This document shows positions 18,155 through 27,572 of a stretch of DNA of 63,424 nt, piece by piece; positions within the stretch are counted from its first letter, which is position 1; each line of letters begins with the position of its first letter. The stretch covers positions 1 through 63,424 of IMG/VR virus record IMGVR_UViG_3300013093_000002. One strand, written 5' to 3'. The position numbers and the translations under genes were made by a program. The notes beneath the pieces were generated by a model. It saw only the letters and a list, made by a program, of their open reading frames with translations. It was not told where the DNA came from and did not search any database. The stretch comes from a virus. Its lineage: Duplodnaviria > Caudoviricetes.

Positions 18155-18424
18155 ATGGCTAAAGAAGTTCCAGCAACAAGCGTAGATAGCCCAGCAATTA
18201 CATTAGGTAACGCTAAAAACAATAAGGATGCACAAGAATATAGCATGAAGTTTTTCTCTGCTGACGAAGCTAATCCGATTGGTAAATATACACAACCTAA
18301 AGAATATACAGTCGACTTATCTAATAATGGTTACCCACAAACTGATGTAAAAGAAGATGGTGTAGAGTTTCGTGGAGCAGGTGCTGCAACTAAAGCACGT
18401 AAATCTAGGGGTCCATTAGTTTAG
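18155..18424 (+). CDS. Small protein
   Basis: Ends in RGAGAATKARKSRGP. Confidence 0.7.
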   Translation: MAKEVPATSVDSPAITLGNAKNNKDAQEYSMKFFSADEANPIGKYTQPKEYTVDLSNNGYPQTDVKEDGVEFRGAGAATKARKSRGPLV

Positions 18425-18585
18425 TGGTTAAAAGTCCTTGCGTAGGAGTGTGTCGTCTATATGATGATATATGTGCAGGGTGTAATAGAACGGTAGATGA
18501 AGTTGTTGAATGGTACAACATGTCTGATGAAGATAAACAAAAGGTTATAGATAGAATAAATGAACTACGCACAACTAGTAACTGA
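18424..18585 (+). CDS. DUF1289-family (predicted Fe-S) protein, 53 aa, absent from the ORF track
   Basis: GTG start overlapping the previous stop; SPCVGVC....ICAGCNRTVDEVVEWYNMSDEDK. Confidence 0.8.
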   Translation: MVKSPCVGVCRLYDDICAGCNRTVDEVVEWYNMSDEDKQKVIDRINELRTTSN

Positions 18586-19195
18586 GATTCAGGATTATAC
18601 CGAGAATACGTTTCAAACCGTAGATATAAACACATTTATACAACAAGCTGAACAACGTATATATAATACGGTTCAGTTACCAGCACTACGTAAAAATGTA
18701 ACAGGTAATTGCACTGCAGGTAATAAATACTTAGATACACCTACAGACTGGTTATCTACATTTAGTATAGCTATTATTAACTCTAATAATGAATATTTAT
18801 ATTTGTTAAATAAAGATGTTAACTTTATAAGAGAGTCCTATAAAGATACGGATAGTACATTTTATGGTGAACCTGAATATTATGCTGTATTTGATAATAA
18901 TTCATTTATATTGGGACCAACGCCAGATCAGAACTATGCAGTAGAGTTACATTATTTTTATTATCCTACTTCTATTGTGACAGCAGGTACATCATGGTTA
19001 GGTAATAATTTTGATTCAGTATTATTATATGGTTCACTACTAGAGGCTTACACTTATATGAAGGGTGAAGCAGATGTTATTGCAGAGTATCAGAAGCGTT
19101 ATGATGAAGCATTAGCATTATTGAAACAACTTGGTGATGGTAAAAATAGACAAGATTCTTATAGAAGTGGCCAAGTTAGAGATGCAGTTAGATAA
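18560..19195 (+). CDS. Head-tail adaptor protein
   Basis: MNYAQL...FIQQAEQRIY...GEPEYYA...GPTPD...LLYGSLLEA pattern. Confidence 0.7.
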   Translation: MNYAQLVTEIQDYTENTFQTVDINTFIQQAEQRIYNTVQLPALRKNVTGNCTAGNKYLDTPTDWLSTFSIAIINSNNEYLYLLNKDVNFIRESYKDTDSTFYGEPEYYAVFDNNSFILGPTPDQNYAVELHYFYYPTSIVTAGTSWLGNNFDSVLLYGSLLEAYTYMKGEADVIAEYQKRYDEALALLKQLGDGKNRQDSYRSGQVRDAVR

Positions 19196-19620
19196 TGGCT
19201 ATTTACCAAACACAATGTACTATATTTAAGTATAACTTACTTGCTGGGTTAGAAGACTTTAATCCTCCTAGTTCTTATACTTATAAAATTGCTTTATATA
19301 CCTCAAATGCTAGTTTAAGTAGTGCAACAACTGCCTATAGTACTACAAACGAAATAACAGGTACAGGATATACAGTAGGGGGTTTAGTTTTAACTCCATC
19401 TATAGCACTTGATAATACAGCTAACGCTGCATATGTAACGTTTAATAATGTAACTTGGAATCCTGCGAATTTTAGTACAGCAGGTGCTTTGATATATAAT
19501 AGCACTACAGGAGCAGCAGTTGCAGTATTAAACTTTGGGCAAACAATAAATGCAGTAAATACTTTTACAATAACATTCCCAACGGCTAGTGCATCATCTG
19601 CTGTTATAAGAATTAATTAA
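19195..19620 (+). CDS. Virion structural protein
   Basis: YKIALYT...TTAY..NE..GTGY..GG...GALIYN motif. Confidence 0.7.
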   Translation: MAIYQTQCTIFKYNLLAGLEDFNPPSSYTYKIALYTSNASLSSATTAYSTTNEITGTGYTVGGLVLTPSIALDNTANAAYVTFNNVTWNPANFSTAGALIYNSTTGAAVAVLNFGQTINAVNTFTITFPTASASSAVIRIN

Positions 19621-19629
19621 GGAGATAAT

Positions 19630-20241
19630 ATGATTAAAGAAACACAAGGTTCAGGCGATTTTGCAATCGCTACATTAAATACAAGCGGAATTACTAGTGA
19701 AGAATTTGGTCTTCATGGTCACTACCACGTTTTATGTCATGATAAAGATGGCAATTTAAAATGGGAAGAACATTTTGATAACCAAGTAGTTCAAATTGGT
19801 AAACAGCTTATGATGGATACTCTTTTAAGAGGTTCAGCTTATACAGTTGTAGGTCCATTCTTAGGTTTAGTATCAGGATCAAGTAATACATTTTCACCTA
19901 CCGATACAATGACTTCACATGCTGGTTGGACAGAGTTTATTAACTATACAGTAGGCGGATCAGCAGTTAGAGGTACAGCAGTATTTGCAGCTTCTACAGG
20001 TAATAATAATACTACACCAGGTTCTAACGTAGTAACTTCATCAGCTACTGCAATTACATATACAATTACAGGTGCTGGTGGTACAGTTGGTGGATGCTTT
20101 ATTGTAACAGGTACAGGTGCAGTAAGTACTCAATCTTCTACAGCAGGTACATTATATAGTGCTGGTGCGTTTGGTACAGCTAAGACTACAACCGCAGGCG
20201 ATACAGTCGCAGTAACATACTCTACTACAGCAACTAGCTAA
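19630..20241 (+). CDS. Virion structural protein
   Basis: T/G/S-rich; DKDGNLKW...N.VV..G; AGGAG RBS. Confidence 0.7.
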   Translation: MIKETQGSGDFAIATLNTSGITSEEFGLHGHYHVLCHDKDGNLKWEEHFDNQVVQIGKQLMMDTLLRGSAYTVVGPFLGLVSGSSNTFSPTDTMTSHAGWTEFINYTVGGSAVRGTAVFAASTGNNNTTPGSNVVTSSATAITYTITGAGGTVGGCFIVTGTGAVSTQSSTAGTLYSAGAFGTAKTTTAGDTVAVTYSTTATS

Positions 20242-20250
20242 GGAGCTTAA

Positions 20251-21156
20251 ATGGCTCTTCAGTTATTTGATAGAGTTCAAGTAACAGCTACAGCAAATAC
20301 TACAGTTAGTTTTACACTGGGTACTGCCGTAGCTGGATATCAGTCATTCTCTGTAATGACAAACGGTAATACTACTTACTATGGTTCTTCTGATGGAACG
20401 AACTGGGAAGTTGGTATTGGTACTTATTCGTCTACAGGACCTACATTAACTCGTACCACAATATTATCTTCAAGTAATGCAGGAGCAGCAGTTACTTTTA
20501 CTGGAACTCCTAATGTATGGATTGACTATCCTTCGTCACAATCTGTTTATCTAAATAATAACGTTGTTTCTGTTCCTACTTATGTAGCTACTCAAACAGT
20601 ATCAGGTTCTAGTTCAACTGGAGCCTATTCCTACGGTACTTTAAATGGCTCTGATACAGGAGTTATGGCATCATTTCAAACAAGTATTGCAGGTTATGGT
20701 TATGTAGCTATACAAAATACCAGCTCAAATTCAGCGGCAACAACAGACTTTACTTTATATAATGATACTGCTTCATTAGGTAGGTATTTTGACATTGGTA
20801 TTAATTCAACTACATATACAGGAACAGGTAACTTTTCTCTTGCGAATGCTAGTTATATATACTCATATGGCGGTGATTTATCAATAGGTACCTATACATC
20901 AAACGCTATCCACTTTATTATTAATAACGGTGCTACTGATGCTTTAACCATATCTACAGCAGGCAATGTTACCACACCTAACGTTTTGACAGGCGCTGAA
21001 GTTGTAGCTTCAAATGGATTAATTTTAAATAACAAAACAGTATCTAATTCTTATACAATTCCTACTGGGTATAATGCAATTGCTGTAGGCCCTGTTACTG
21101 TGGCTTCCGGTGCGGCTGTAACTATACCATCAGGATCACGCTGGGTAGTATTATAA
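20251..21156 (+). CDS. Tail fibre-like protein
   Basis: DRV...WEVGIGTY...LTRTTILSSSN anchor; C-terminal TIPSGSRWVVL module. Confidence 0.7.
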   Translation: MALQLFDRVQVTATANTTVSFTLGTAVAGYQSFSVMTNGNTTYYGSSDGTNWEVGIGTYSSTGPTLTRTTILSSSNAGAAVTFTGTPNVWIDYPSSQSVYLNNNVVSVPTYVATQTVSGSSSTGAYSYGTLNGSDTGVMASFQTSIAGYGYVAIQNTSSNSAATTDFTLYNDTASLGRYFDIGINSTTYTGTGNFSLANASYIYSYGGDLSIGTYTSNAIHFIINNGATDALTISTAGNVTTPNVLTGAEVVASNGLILNNKTVSNSYTIPTGYNAIAVGPVTVASGAAVTIPSGSRWVVL

Positions 21157-21157
21157 G

Positions 21158-22606
21158 ATGTTTGGGTTAAGTCCACTATCATCAAAGCCTTTCGTTGCTT
21201 TAGGTACTAATAGTTATGCATTTACTAGAACAGAAAACGTAACATTAGCTGATGCAAGTACTCAAGTTTTTGCGGCACTACAATCTATATCAGAAAACGT
21301 AACCTTAGCTGATAGTAATTCTCAAGTATTTAATGCACTACAATCTATAACAGAAAACGTAACCTTAGCTGATAGTAATTCTCAAGTATTTAATGCACTA
21401 CAATCTATAACAGAAAACGTAACTTTAAACGATACACCAAGTATTGCAGCACAATTTATAGTAAGTGATACAGAGAACTTAACTTTAAATGATTCAAGTA
21501 CCCAAGTATTTAATGCGTTACAATCTATAACAGAAAATGCATTATTTAATGACACACCTACAATATCAGCTCAATTTGCAGTTGCATTTACTGATAATAC
21601 CGGAGTTACAGATGTTATAACTATTACTGCTCAGTTTATTGTAAGTGATACAGAAAATGTAAGTCTAAATGACTCAAGTACGCAAACATATAATTTCTTA
21701 GTTTCAATTAGTGAAAACGTAGTTTTATTTGATATTAATTCTGAGTTATCTACATTTATAGAAACACTATCAGAACCTATGACTTTAGCTGATTTTAGCA
21801 TTCAGTTATCTACATTCTTAGAGTCATTAAGTGAAAACGTGGTATTAAATGATACAAATTCAACAACATTTAATTTCCCACAAAGCTTTACTGATAATGT
21901 AATTTTAAATGATGTTAATTCTATAACTGCTAACTTCCCACAAAGCTTTACTGATAATACAACTTTAGCTGATACTGAATCTATTAATGCTAACTTCCCA
22001 CAATCAAGAACAGAGAATGTAACTTTAGCTGATAGTAGTACGCAACAATCTAACTTTAATCAATCGGCTACTGAAAATAGTAATTTAAATGATTCAAGCA
22101 CACAACAGTCTAATTTCTTACAATCTATTACTGAAAACTTTACAGTAGCTGAGTTAGAGTCGATTGTAGGTAATTTTGTAACAAGTATTGCTGAAGCTTT
22201 AACGCTTAACGATATAGAAACTATTACTACTGCCTTTATATTTACAATTACTGAAAATAGCCAATATGCTGATAGTTCAGCGGCCTCAAAACAAATACTA
22301 TATTCAATACTAGAAAACATAAATGTAGCGGACACAAATAGTATTAGAGCTCAGTTCATAGTATCTATACTTGAAAATGTTAAGTTATTAGATTTTGCAG
22401 TAACACACGGTTGGATAAGAATTGATGATTCACAAATACCTAATTGGTCTACTATAAATGATTCACAAACACCGAATTGGACTATGATTAATAGTGCACA
22501 AACACCTAACTGGACTATAATTAATGATTCACAAGGATCAGGTTGGACTGTAATTAACGTGTCACAGAGCCCAAATTGGACAATTATCAATGATTTACAA
22601 CCCTAA
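21158..22606 (+). CDS. Repetitive fibre-like protein (20-aa repeats plus 11-aa Trp repeats)
   Basis: About 20 copies of an ENVTLxDxxxxxxxxxxSIT-type unit, then five W(S/T)xINxxQ units. Confidence 0.8.
   Translation: MFGLSPLSSKPFVALGTNSYAFTRTENVTLADASTQVFAALQSISENVTLADSNSQVFNALQSITENVTLADSNSQVFNALQSITENVTLNDTPSIAAQFIVSDTENLTLNDSSTQVFNALQSITENALFNDTPTISAQFAVAFTDNTGVTDVITITAQFIVSDTENVSLNDSSTQTYNFLVSISENVVLFDINSELSTFIETLSEPMTLADFSIQLSTFLESLSENVVLNDTNSTTFNFPQSFTDNVILNDVNSITANFPQSFTDNTTLADTESINANFPQSRTENVTLADSSTQQSNFNQSATENSNLNDSSTQQSNFLQSITENFTVAELESIVGNFVTSIAEALTLNDIETITTAFIFTITENSQYADSSAASKQILYSILENINVADTNSIRAQFIVSILENVKLLDFAVTHGWIRIDDSQIPNWSTINDSQTPNWTMINSAQTPNWTIINDSQGSGWTVINVSQSPNWTIINDLQP
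21291..21423 (+). repeat. Exact 60-bp tandem repeat inside the CDS
   Basis: 21301-21360 is identical to 21361-21420, with degenerate copies on both sides. Confidence 0.95.
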
Positions 22607-22608
22607 TT

Positions 22609-22618
22609 ATGATACAAT
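22609..22618 (+). promoter_or_regulatory. Possible extended -10 promoter
   Basis: ATGATACAAT in the intergenic gap; a similar ATGGTACAAT sits at 30801-30810. Confidence 0.4.
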
Positions 22619-22643
22619 ATAAATAACTAGATTAAGGATTTTT

Positions 22644-23606
22644 ATGGCATCTACCTATTCAACCAGTTTACGACTTAACCTTATGGGTACCGGCGATCAG
22701 TCAGGTACTTGGGGTACAACTACAAACGTAAATTTAGGTACTTTATTAGAGCAAGGTATTACAGGTGTAGCCACTATATCCATAGCGGGTTTAACTTCAT
22801 ATCCTTTAACTGCTAACAATGGAGCTACAGACCAATCAAGAAACGCCGCTATTATTTTTACAGGAACTTTAACAGGTAACTGTACTATATTAACTCCGAC
22901 AGGCGCTTCAAAACTATATATTATAGCTAATACTACATCAGGCGGATATAGTTTAGTGATGCAAGTAAATGGTAGTTCAGGTGCTACTATAACAATACCT
23001 AATGGCAAAACTGTCATGGTGTATACAGACGCTACTAACTTCTATCAAGGTCCTGACTATGTAGGTCCTTTAGGTACGATGTCTACACAAAATGCTAGCT
23101 CAGTAGCTATTACTGGTGGTACAATAGCAGGTACAACAATATCAACATCATCTGTATCAACATCAAGTTTAACAGGTACAGGGGGTACAATTGATAATAC
23201 GCCTATTGGAGGTACAACAGCAGCTGCAGGTTCATTTACAACTTTGGGTGCAACAGGCGCTGTAACTTTTGGTAATAGTACACTTAATATACCAACAACT
23301 TTTACTTTAAATAGTACGGGCGCAGTTGTTTTACCTAAAGGTACTACGGCTCAAGAACCAACTGGCGTTGCTGGTATGATTAGGTTTAATAGCCAAACAG
23401 GTAACTTTGAAGGTTATAACGGATTAGTATGGGGTTCTATTGGTGGTGGTGCTTCAGCTAATGGTGCCGTATACGAAAATACACAGATTATTAGCAATAA
23501 TTATACAATGACTACAGGTAACAATGGCGAATCTGTAGGACCAATAACAGTTAATTCAGGCATTACAGTTACCATACCAAGCGGATCACGCTGGTTGGTT
23601 TTATAG
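22644..23606 (+). CDS. Tail fibre-like protein
   Basis: MASTYS..LRL...GDQSGTWG.TTN anchor; PKGTTAQ.P...GMIRFN...FEGYNG; C-terminal TIPSGSRWLVL. Confidence 0.75.
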   Translation: MASTYSTSLRLNLMGTGDQSGTWGTTTNVNLGTLLEQGITGVATISIAGLTSYPLTANNGATDQSRNAAIIFTGTLTGNCTILTPTGASKLYIIANTTSGGYSLVMQVNGSSGATITIPNGKTVMVYTDATNFYQGPDYVGPLGTMSTQNASSVAITGGTIAGTTISTSSVSTSSLTGTGGTIDNTPIGGTTAAAGSFTTLGATGAVTFGNSTLNIPTTFTLNSTGAVVLPKGTTAQEPTGVAGMIRFNSQTGNFEGYNGLVWGSIGGGASANGAVYENTQIISNNYTMTTGNNGESVGPITVNSGITVTIPSGSRWLVL

Positions 23607-23615
23607 GAGATATAG

Positions 23616-24386
23616 ATGGCAAATTTAATTACAGGTGTAACCTCAGGTACTGGTGGCTTATCAACCACTGCTGATAATTCAGGGCAAATAGCTTTACAAA
23701 CTAATAATGGTACTACAGCATTAACATTAGATAACTCACAAAACGCTACCTTTGCTGCTAACATCTCAACCCCAACTGGTACAGTAACAGCATCTAGCTT
23801 TATTGGTAACGGTGCATCATTAACTGGTATTGCTGGTGGTTTTTCTAACATGACAGTATTTACCTCTCCAGGAACTTTCACAACTCCATCTAGTACAACT
23901 AAAATTAAAGTGACTGTTGTGGGTGGTGGTGGAGGTTCAGGCGGAAATACTAATCCATCAGTAGGTGGAACTGGTGGAACTTCATCATTTAGCACATTAG
24001 CTTCAGCAACAGGTGGTAGTGGGGGTAATCCTAGTGTTGGACAAGCTTCTGGTAATGGTGGAGCAGGAACAGCAGGTACATTACAAATAAAAGGAAGTGC
24101 AGGCGGTATTGCTTCAAACTATGCTCCTGGCGAAACTGCATCTATTGGAGGACCTTCTTATTTAGGTGGTGGTGGTTCAGGAAATACTCCAGGAGCAGGC
24201 GGTAATTATGGAGGTGGAGCTGGCAGTCCTTATGCTGCTGGTAGTGGAGGTGGAGGCGGTGCAGCTATTTATGTTGGACCTGTAACTGCTTCAACACCTT
24301 ATGCGGTGACAGTTGGCTCTAGTGGAACTGCTGGAAATCCAACTGCTTTTGCTGGTGGAATTGGTGTTGTAATCGTAGAATACTAA
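23616..24386 (+). CDS. Glycine-rich fibre/receptor-binding protein, paralog 1
   Basis: FTSPGTFTTP...KVTVVGGGGG...GVVIVEY glycine-rich domain. Confidence 0.75.
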   Translation: MANLITGVTSGTGGLSTTADNSGQIALQTNNGTTALTLDNSQNATFAANISTPTGTVTASSFIGNGASLTGIAGGFSNMTVFTSPGTFTTPSSTTKIKVTVVGGGGGSGGNTNPSVGGTGGTSSFSTLASATGGSGGNPSVGQASGNGGAGTAGTLQIKGSAGGIASNYAPGETASIGGPSYLGGGGSGNTPGAGGNYGGGAGSPYAAGSGGGGGAAIYVGPVTASTPYAVTVGSSGTAGNPTAFAGGIGVVIVEY

Positions 24387-24404
24387 TTAAAGGAATTATA
24401 GAAT

Positions 24405-25166
24405 ATGTCAAACATTCAAATAGCAGGCGATACCTCTGGATCAGTAACATTACAAGCTCCCGCTACGGCAGGGTCTACCACACTTACTTTACCTGCAACA
24501 TCAGGCACAGTATTAACAAGTGCAAGTTCAATTGCTACATCACAATTAGGTACAGGACCAGCTACATCATCTACTTATTTAAGAGGTGATTCTACATGGG
24601 CTACAGCAGGAGGCGGTCAAATACAAACACAATTATTTACTTCGCCTGGTACATTTACTACACCTTCATCTGTTACTCAAGTAAGAGTGACTGTAATTGG
24701 TGGTGGTGGTGGTGGTATATATGCCTCTACTGCTCCAGGTGATGGAGGCTATGGAGGTTTAGCATCTGCAATTTGTCCTGTAACAGCAGGAGTTCCTATA
24801 TCTGTTACTATAGGTTCTGGAGGTACTGGAGGTAATGGTGCTGGAGGACAAACATCAGGTGCAACTTCTTCTTTTGGTTCATTAGTTTCTGCTACTGGGG
24901 GAGGTACTTCTGGAGGTGCTGGTAGTGCAGGATCACCAGGATCAGGAACAGTAACAACAGGAACAGCAATTAAAACAGGTAATATGTCACCAGGAAATTT
25001 TAGTCAAATACAAGGAAGTAATAAAAATCCTACAGGACCTGCAGCTGTATCATATTCAACATCTATTGCATATATTGCTGGTGGTAGCGGTGCTTACAGC
25101 ACCGTTCCCTATGCTTTTGGCGGAGGTGGTATAGGTGGAGCTGTTGTAGTAGAATTTGTAGGTTAA
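24405..25166 (+). CDS. Glycine-rich fibre/receptor-binding protein, paralog 2
   Basis: GDTSGSVTLQAP..AG..TLTLP N-terminus; FTSPGTFTTP...GAVVVEF. Confidence 0.75.
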   Translation: MSNIQIAGDTSGSVTLQAPATAGSTTLTLPATSGTVLTSASSIATSQLGTGPATSSTYLRGDSTWATAGGGQIQTQLFTSPGTFTTPSSVTQVRVTVIGGGGGGIYASTAPGDGGYGGLASAICPVTAGVPISVTIGSGGTGGNGAGGQTSGATSSFGSLVSATGGGTSGGAGSAGSPGSGTVTTGTAIKTGNMSPGNFSQIQGSNKNPTGPAAVSYSTSIAYIAGGSGAYSTVPYAFGGGGIGGAVVVEFVG

Positions 25167-25195
25167 TATTTAATTTAACAGAAAGGAAATAAAAC

Positions 25196-25480
25196 ATGGC
25201 AAATAACGCATTAGTAAGTCCTAACGAACCAAGAGAATCTGGTTATCGTGTGGCTCAGGTAGAACCTGATGGTCAAACATTTGAGGTAGGTGCTCCATTA
25301 GAGTGGATTCCTTGCCCAGATAACATTGTAGCAGATCAATTCTGGTATGACCCAGTAGCAAAAGCATTCAACGCAATGCCGGAACCTACTCCTGTACCAG
25401 CACCTGCTACACCAACAGCAGCAGAACTTGCAGCTCAGTTAGCAGCACTACAAGCTCAAATCGCAGCTTTACCTAAATAA
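25196..25480 (+). CDS. Putative fibre assembly chaperone
   Basis: Small acidic protein between fibre genes, ending in an LAAQLAALQAQI coil. Confidence 0.55.
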   Translation: MANNALVSPNEPRESGYRVAQVEPDGQTFEVGAPLEWIPCPDNIVADQFWYDPVAKAFNAMPEPTPVPAPATPTAAELAAQLAALQAQIAALPK

Positions 25481-25492
25481 TAGGAGTATAAA

Positions 25493-26287
25493 ATGTCTTT
25501 AACACTTGACGGTACCCTTGGGGAAACCTTACCTACCTGGACTACGGCAACACGCCCAGCATCCCCAACAACTGGTTTAACTGGTTACAACACTACACTT
25601 AACATTAGGGAAGTGTGGAATGGTTCTGCATGGACTGCGGATAGCTTACCAGCCGCAGGTACTTCAGGTAATGTATTAAAGTCTGATGGTACTAATTGGA
25701 CTTCAGGTGCGGCAGCAGCAGGTGGGTTCTCTAACATGACAGTATTCACTTCACCCGGTACTTTTACAACCCCTGCTACAACCACACAAATTAAAGTGAC
25801 TGTTGTGGGTGGCGGTGGTAGTGGTGGATCAGGGTCTTTGCCATCAGGTAATGCCGGTGACGGAGGCGGCGGCGGTGGCGGCGCTATTTATGTAGGTCCA
25901 GTAAGTGCTTCGACTCCTTATGCGGTAACTGTGGGAACTGCTGGTAATACCTCTTCTTTTGGTGCTTTAGCATCTGCTACTGGCGGCTCTGGTGGAGGAT
26001 CAGGAGGTCCATCTCTTCCCTCAAATGGTGCTGGTGGAGCAGGGGGAGCTGGTTCTGCTGGAACATTACAATTTGCTGGTGGAGGAGGAAATGGTGGAGG
26101 TACCAGTACTAGTGCTTTCGGAGGCGCAGGTGGAAGTTCATTATTTGGTGGTGGTGCTGCATCTATTAATGGAGGTGGTGCTGGAAATGCAGGTAGAGCT
26201 TATGGCGGCGGCGGTGGCGGTGGAGGTGCTGTAGGACCTGGTAGTGGTGGTTCAGGTGCTGCAGGTGTAGTAGTCGTAGAATACTAA
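25493..26287 (+). CDS. Glycine-rich fibre/receptor-binding protein, paralog 3
   Basis: WTTATRPASP..G..GYNTT; GGFSNMTVFTSPGTFTTP shared with paralog 1. Confidence 0.75.
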   Translation: MSLTLDGTLGETLPTWTTATRPASPTTGLTGYNTTLNIREVWNGSAWTADSLPAAGTSGNVLKSDGTNWTSGAAAAGGFSNMTVFTSPGTFTTPATTTQIKVTVVGGGGSGGSGSLPSGNAGDGGGGGGGAIYVGPVSASTPYAVTVGTAGNTSSFGALASATGGSGGGSGGPSLPSNGAGGAGGAGSAGTLQFAGGGGNGGGTSTSAFGGAGGSSLFGGGAASINGGGAGNAGRAYGGGGGGGGAVGPGSGGSGAAGVVVVEY

Positions 26288-26296
26288 TTCTCAAAA

Positions 26297-26740
26297 ATGA
26301 AAAACTTAATACTTGCTTTACTTTGCTTTGTAACATACGCAATAAGTGGAGAATTACCAAATCCAAAAATAACACCAGGTTACATGCGTGATGTATCTGT
26401 AACAGAGCTTTGTACTACATCAACTTCATTAGTGCGTAATGTGCCAGAGTCATTAAAAAAAGATGTGTTTAGTAATTATGGTTTAAAAGGTAATGATAGA
26501 TCAGTATGTAAAGAAGGTTATGAAATAGACCACTTAGTTAGCTTAGAGTTGGGTGGTGCAAACGATATTAAAAACTTATGGCCACAAAGCTATTGTGGGT
26601 CACCTTATAATGCACATATTAAAGATAAGTTAGAAAACGAATTACATCGAAGAGTATGCAAAAATGAAATAACTTTAAAAGCAGCTCAAGATTGTATTAG
26701 TAGTAATTGGACTTTATGTTATACACAAACTTTTAAATAG
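26297..26740 (+). CDS. HNH-type nuclease-like protein with a signal peptide
   Basis: MKNLILALLCFVTYAISG signal-like N-terminus; EIDHLVSLELGGANDIKNLWPQ His-Me finger. Confidence 0.75.
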   Translation: MKNLILALLCFVTYAISGELPNPKITPGYMRDVSVTELCTTSTSLVRNVPESLKKDVFSNYGLKGNDRSVCKEGYEIDHLVSLELGGANDIKNLWPQSYCGSPYNAHIKDKLENELHRRVCKNEITLKAAQDCISSNWTLCYTQTFK

Positions 26741-26749
26741 GAGAAAAAT

Positions 26750-26956
26750 ATGAAACAAAAACTTAATGAACTTAAAGACTTTTTGATTGTAGTATTACTA
26801 TTTGTATTTAGAGTTTTAATCAGATGGTCAGAAGCTTTACTTGATGAAGCTCATACTGTTGTATATGCATTAGATGTTTTAATTAATAACGAATTAGTAA
26901 AAGAAGAAGCAGTTGTTAAGGTAGATCAATCAGCATCAACACCGCCAGCTGCCTGA
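26750..26956 (+). CDS. Small membrane protein
   Basis: AGGAG RBS; one hydrophobic segment. Confidence 0.65.
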   Translation: MKQKLNELKDFLIVVLLFVFRVLIRWSEALLDEAHTVVYALDVLINNELVKEEAVVKVDQSASTPPAA

Positions 26957-26977
26957 ATCCTAATAGGAGTTATTTCA

Positions 26978-27391
26978 TTGGGATTGTTTAGTTTTAACTG
27001 GCTATTAAGTATTTTACCAACATGGTTACCTTTGTTGGTTATGGCTATAGGAATTGCATTATTTATATTTGAATGTGTAGTTGGGTTTTTTAGTACAACC
27101 GCTGAAGGACCTAGATTTATACTTAAATGTTTAGCATTAGTTATATTTGCGTATGGTGCTTATATTAAAGGTAGACAAGATGTATTAGTTGAATATAAAC
27201 ATGCAATAGATAAAATTAAAGTAGCTCAAAATGTAGCTACATCTAAGATTAAAGTAACGTATGATAAACAAATTAAAACAATTAGAGCTAAAAATGAAGC
27301 CCTTAAAAGTCAAATTAATAATAAAGATAATGCTAATTGTGAGCTTCCTGAGTCTTTTATCAGGTTGCACAACGACGCAGCTAAGGACTGA
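26978..27391 (+). CDS. Inner-membrane spanin (Rz-like)
   Basis: TTG start after AGGAG; TM segments, coiled coil, C-terminal CELPESFIRLHNDAA; overlaps a lipoprotein gene. Confidence 0.65.
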   Translation: MGLFSFNWLLSILPTWLPLLVMAIGIALFIFECVVGFFSTTAEGPRFILKCLALVIFAYGAYIKGRQDVLVEYKHAIDKIKVAQNVATSKIKVTYDKQIKTIRAKNEALKSQINNKDNANCELPESFIRLHNDAAKD

Positions 27392-27572
27392 TTTCCCTAC
27401 ACCTCCAGGGGAATTAATGTTATTACCTCCTAAGTTAAATACGTTGCCCGATAAAGCACCATTAGATAAAGCTGAACAGACTATTGTAGATAATTACACT
27501 ACATATCATGAAGTTTCACAACAATTAATAGACTTAGAAAACTGGATCAAAGAACAAAGTAAAATAAAATGA
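27330..27572 (+). CDS. Outer-membrane spanin lipoprotein (Rz1-like)
   Basis: Lipobox LSGC followed by Pro-rich FPTPPGELM..PP. Start is uncertain (27294 or 27330). Confidence 0.75.
   Translation: MLIVSFLSLLSGCTTTQLRTDFPTPPGELMLLPPKLNTLPDKAPLDKAEQTIVDNYTTYHEVSQQLIDLENWIKEQSKIK

Noticed and set aside
23616-26287. Similar DNA blocks in fibre genes as a diversity-generating retroelement
   Set aside because: No reverse transcriptase is present, and differences are mostly synonymous rather than adenine-specific; this is ordinary paralogy.
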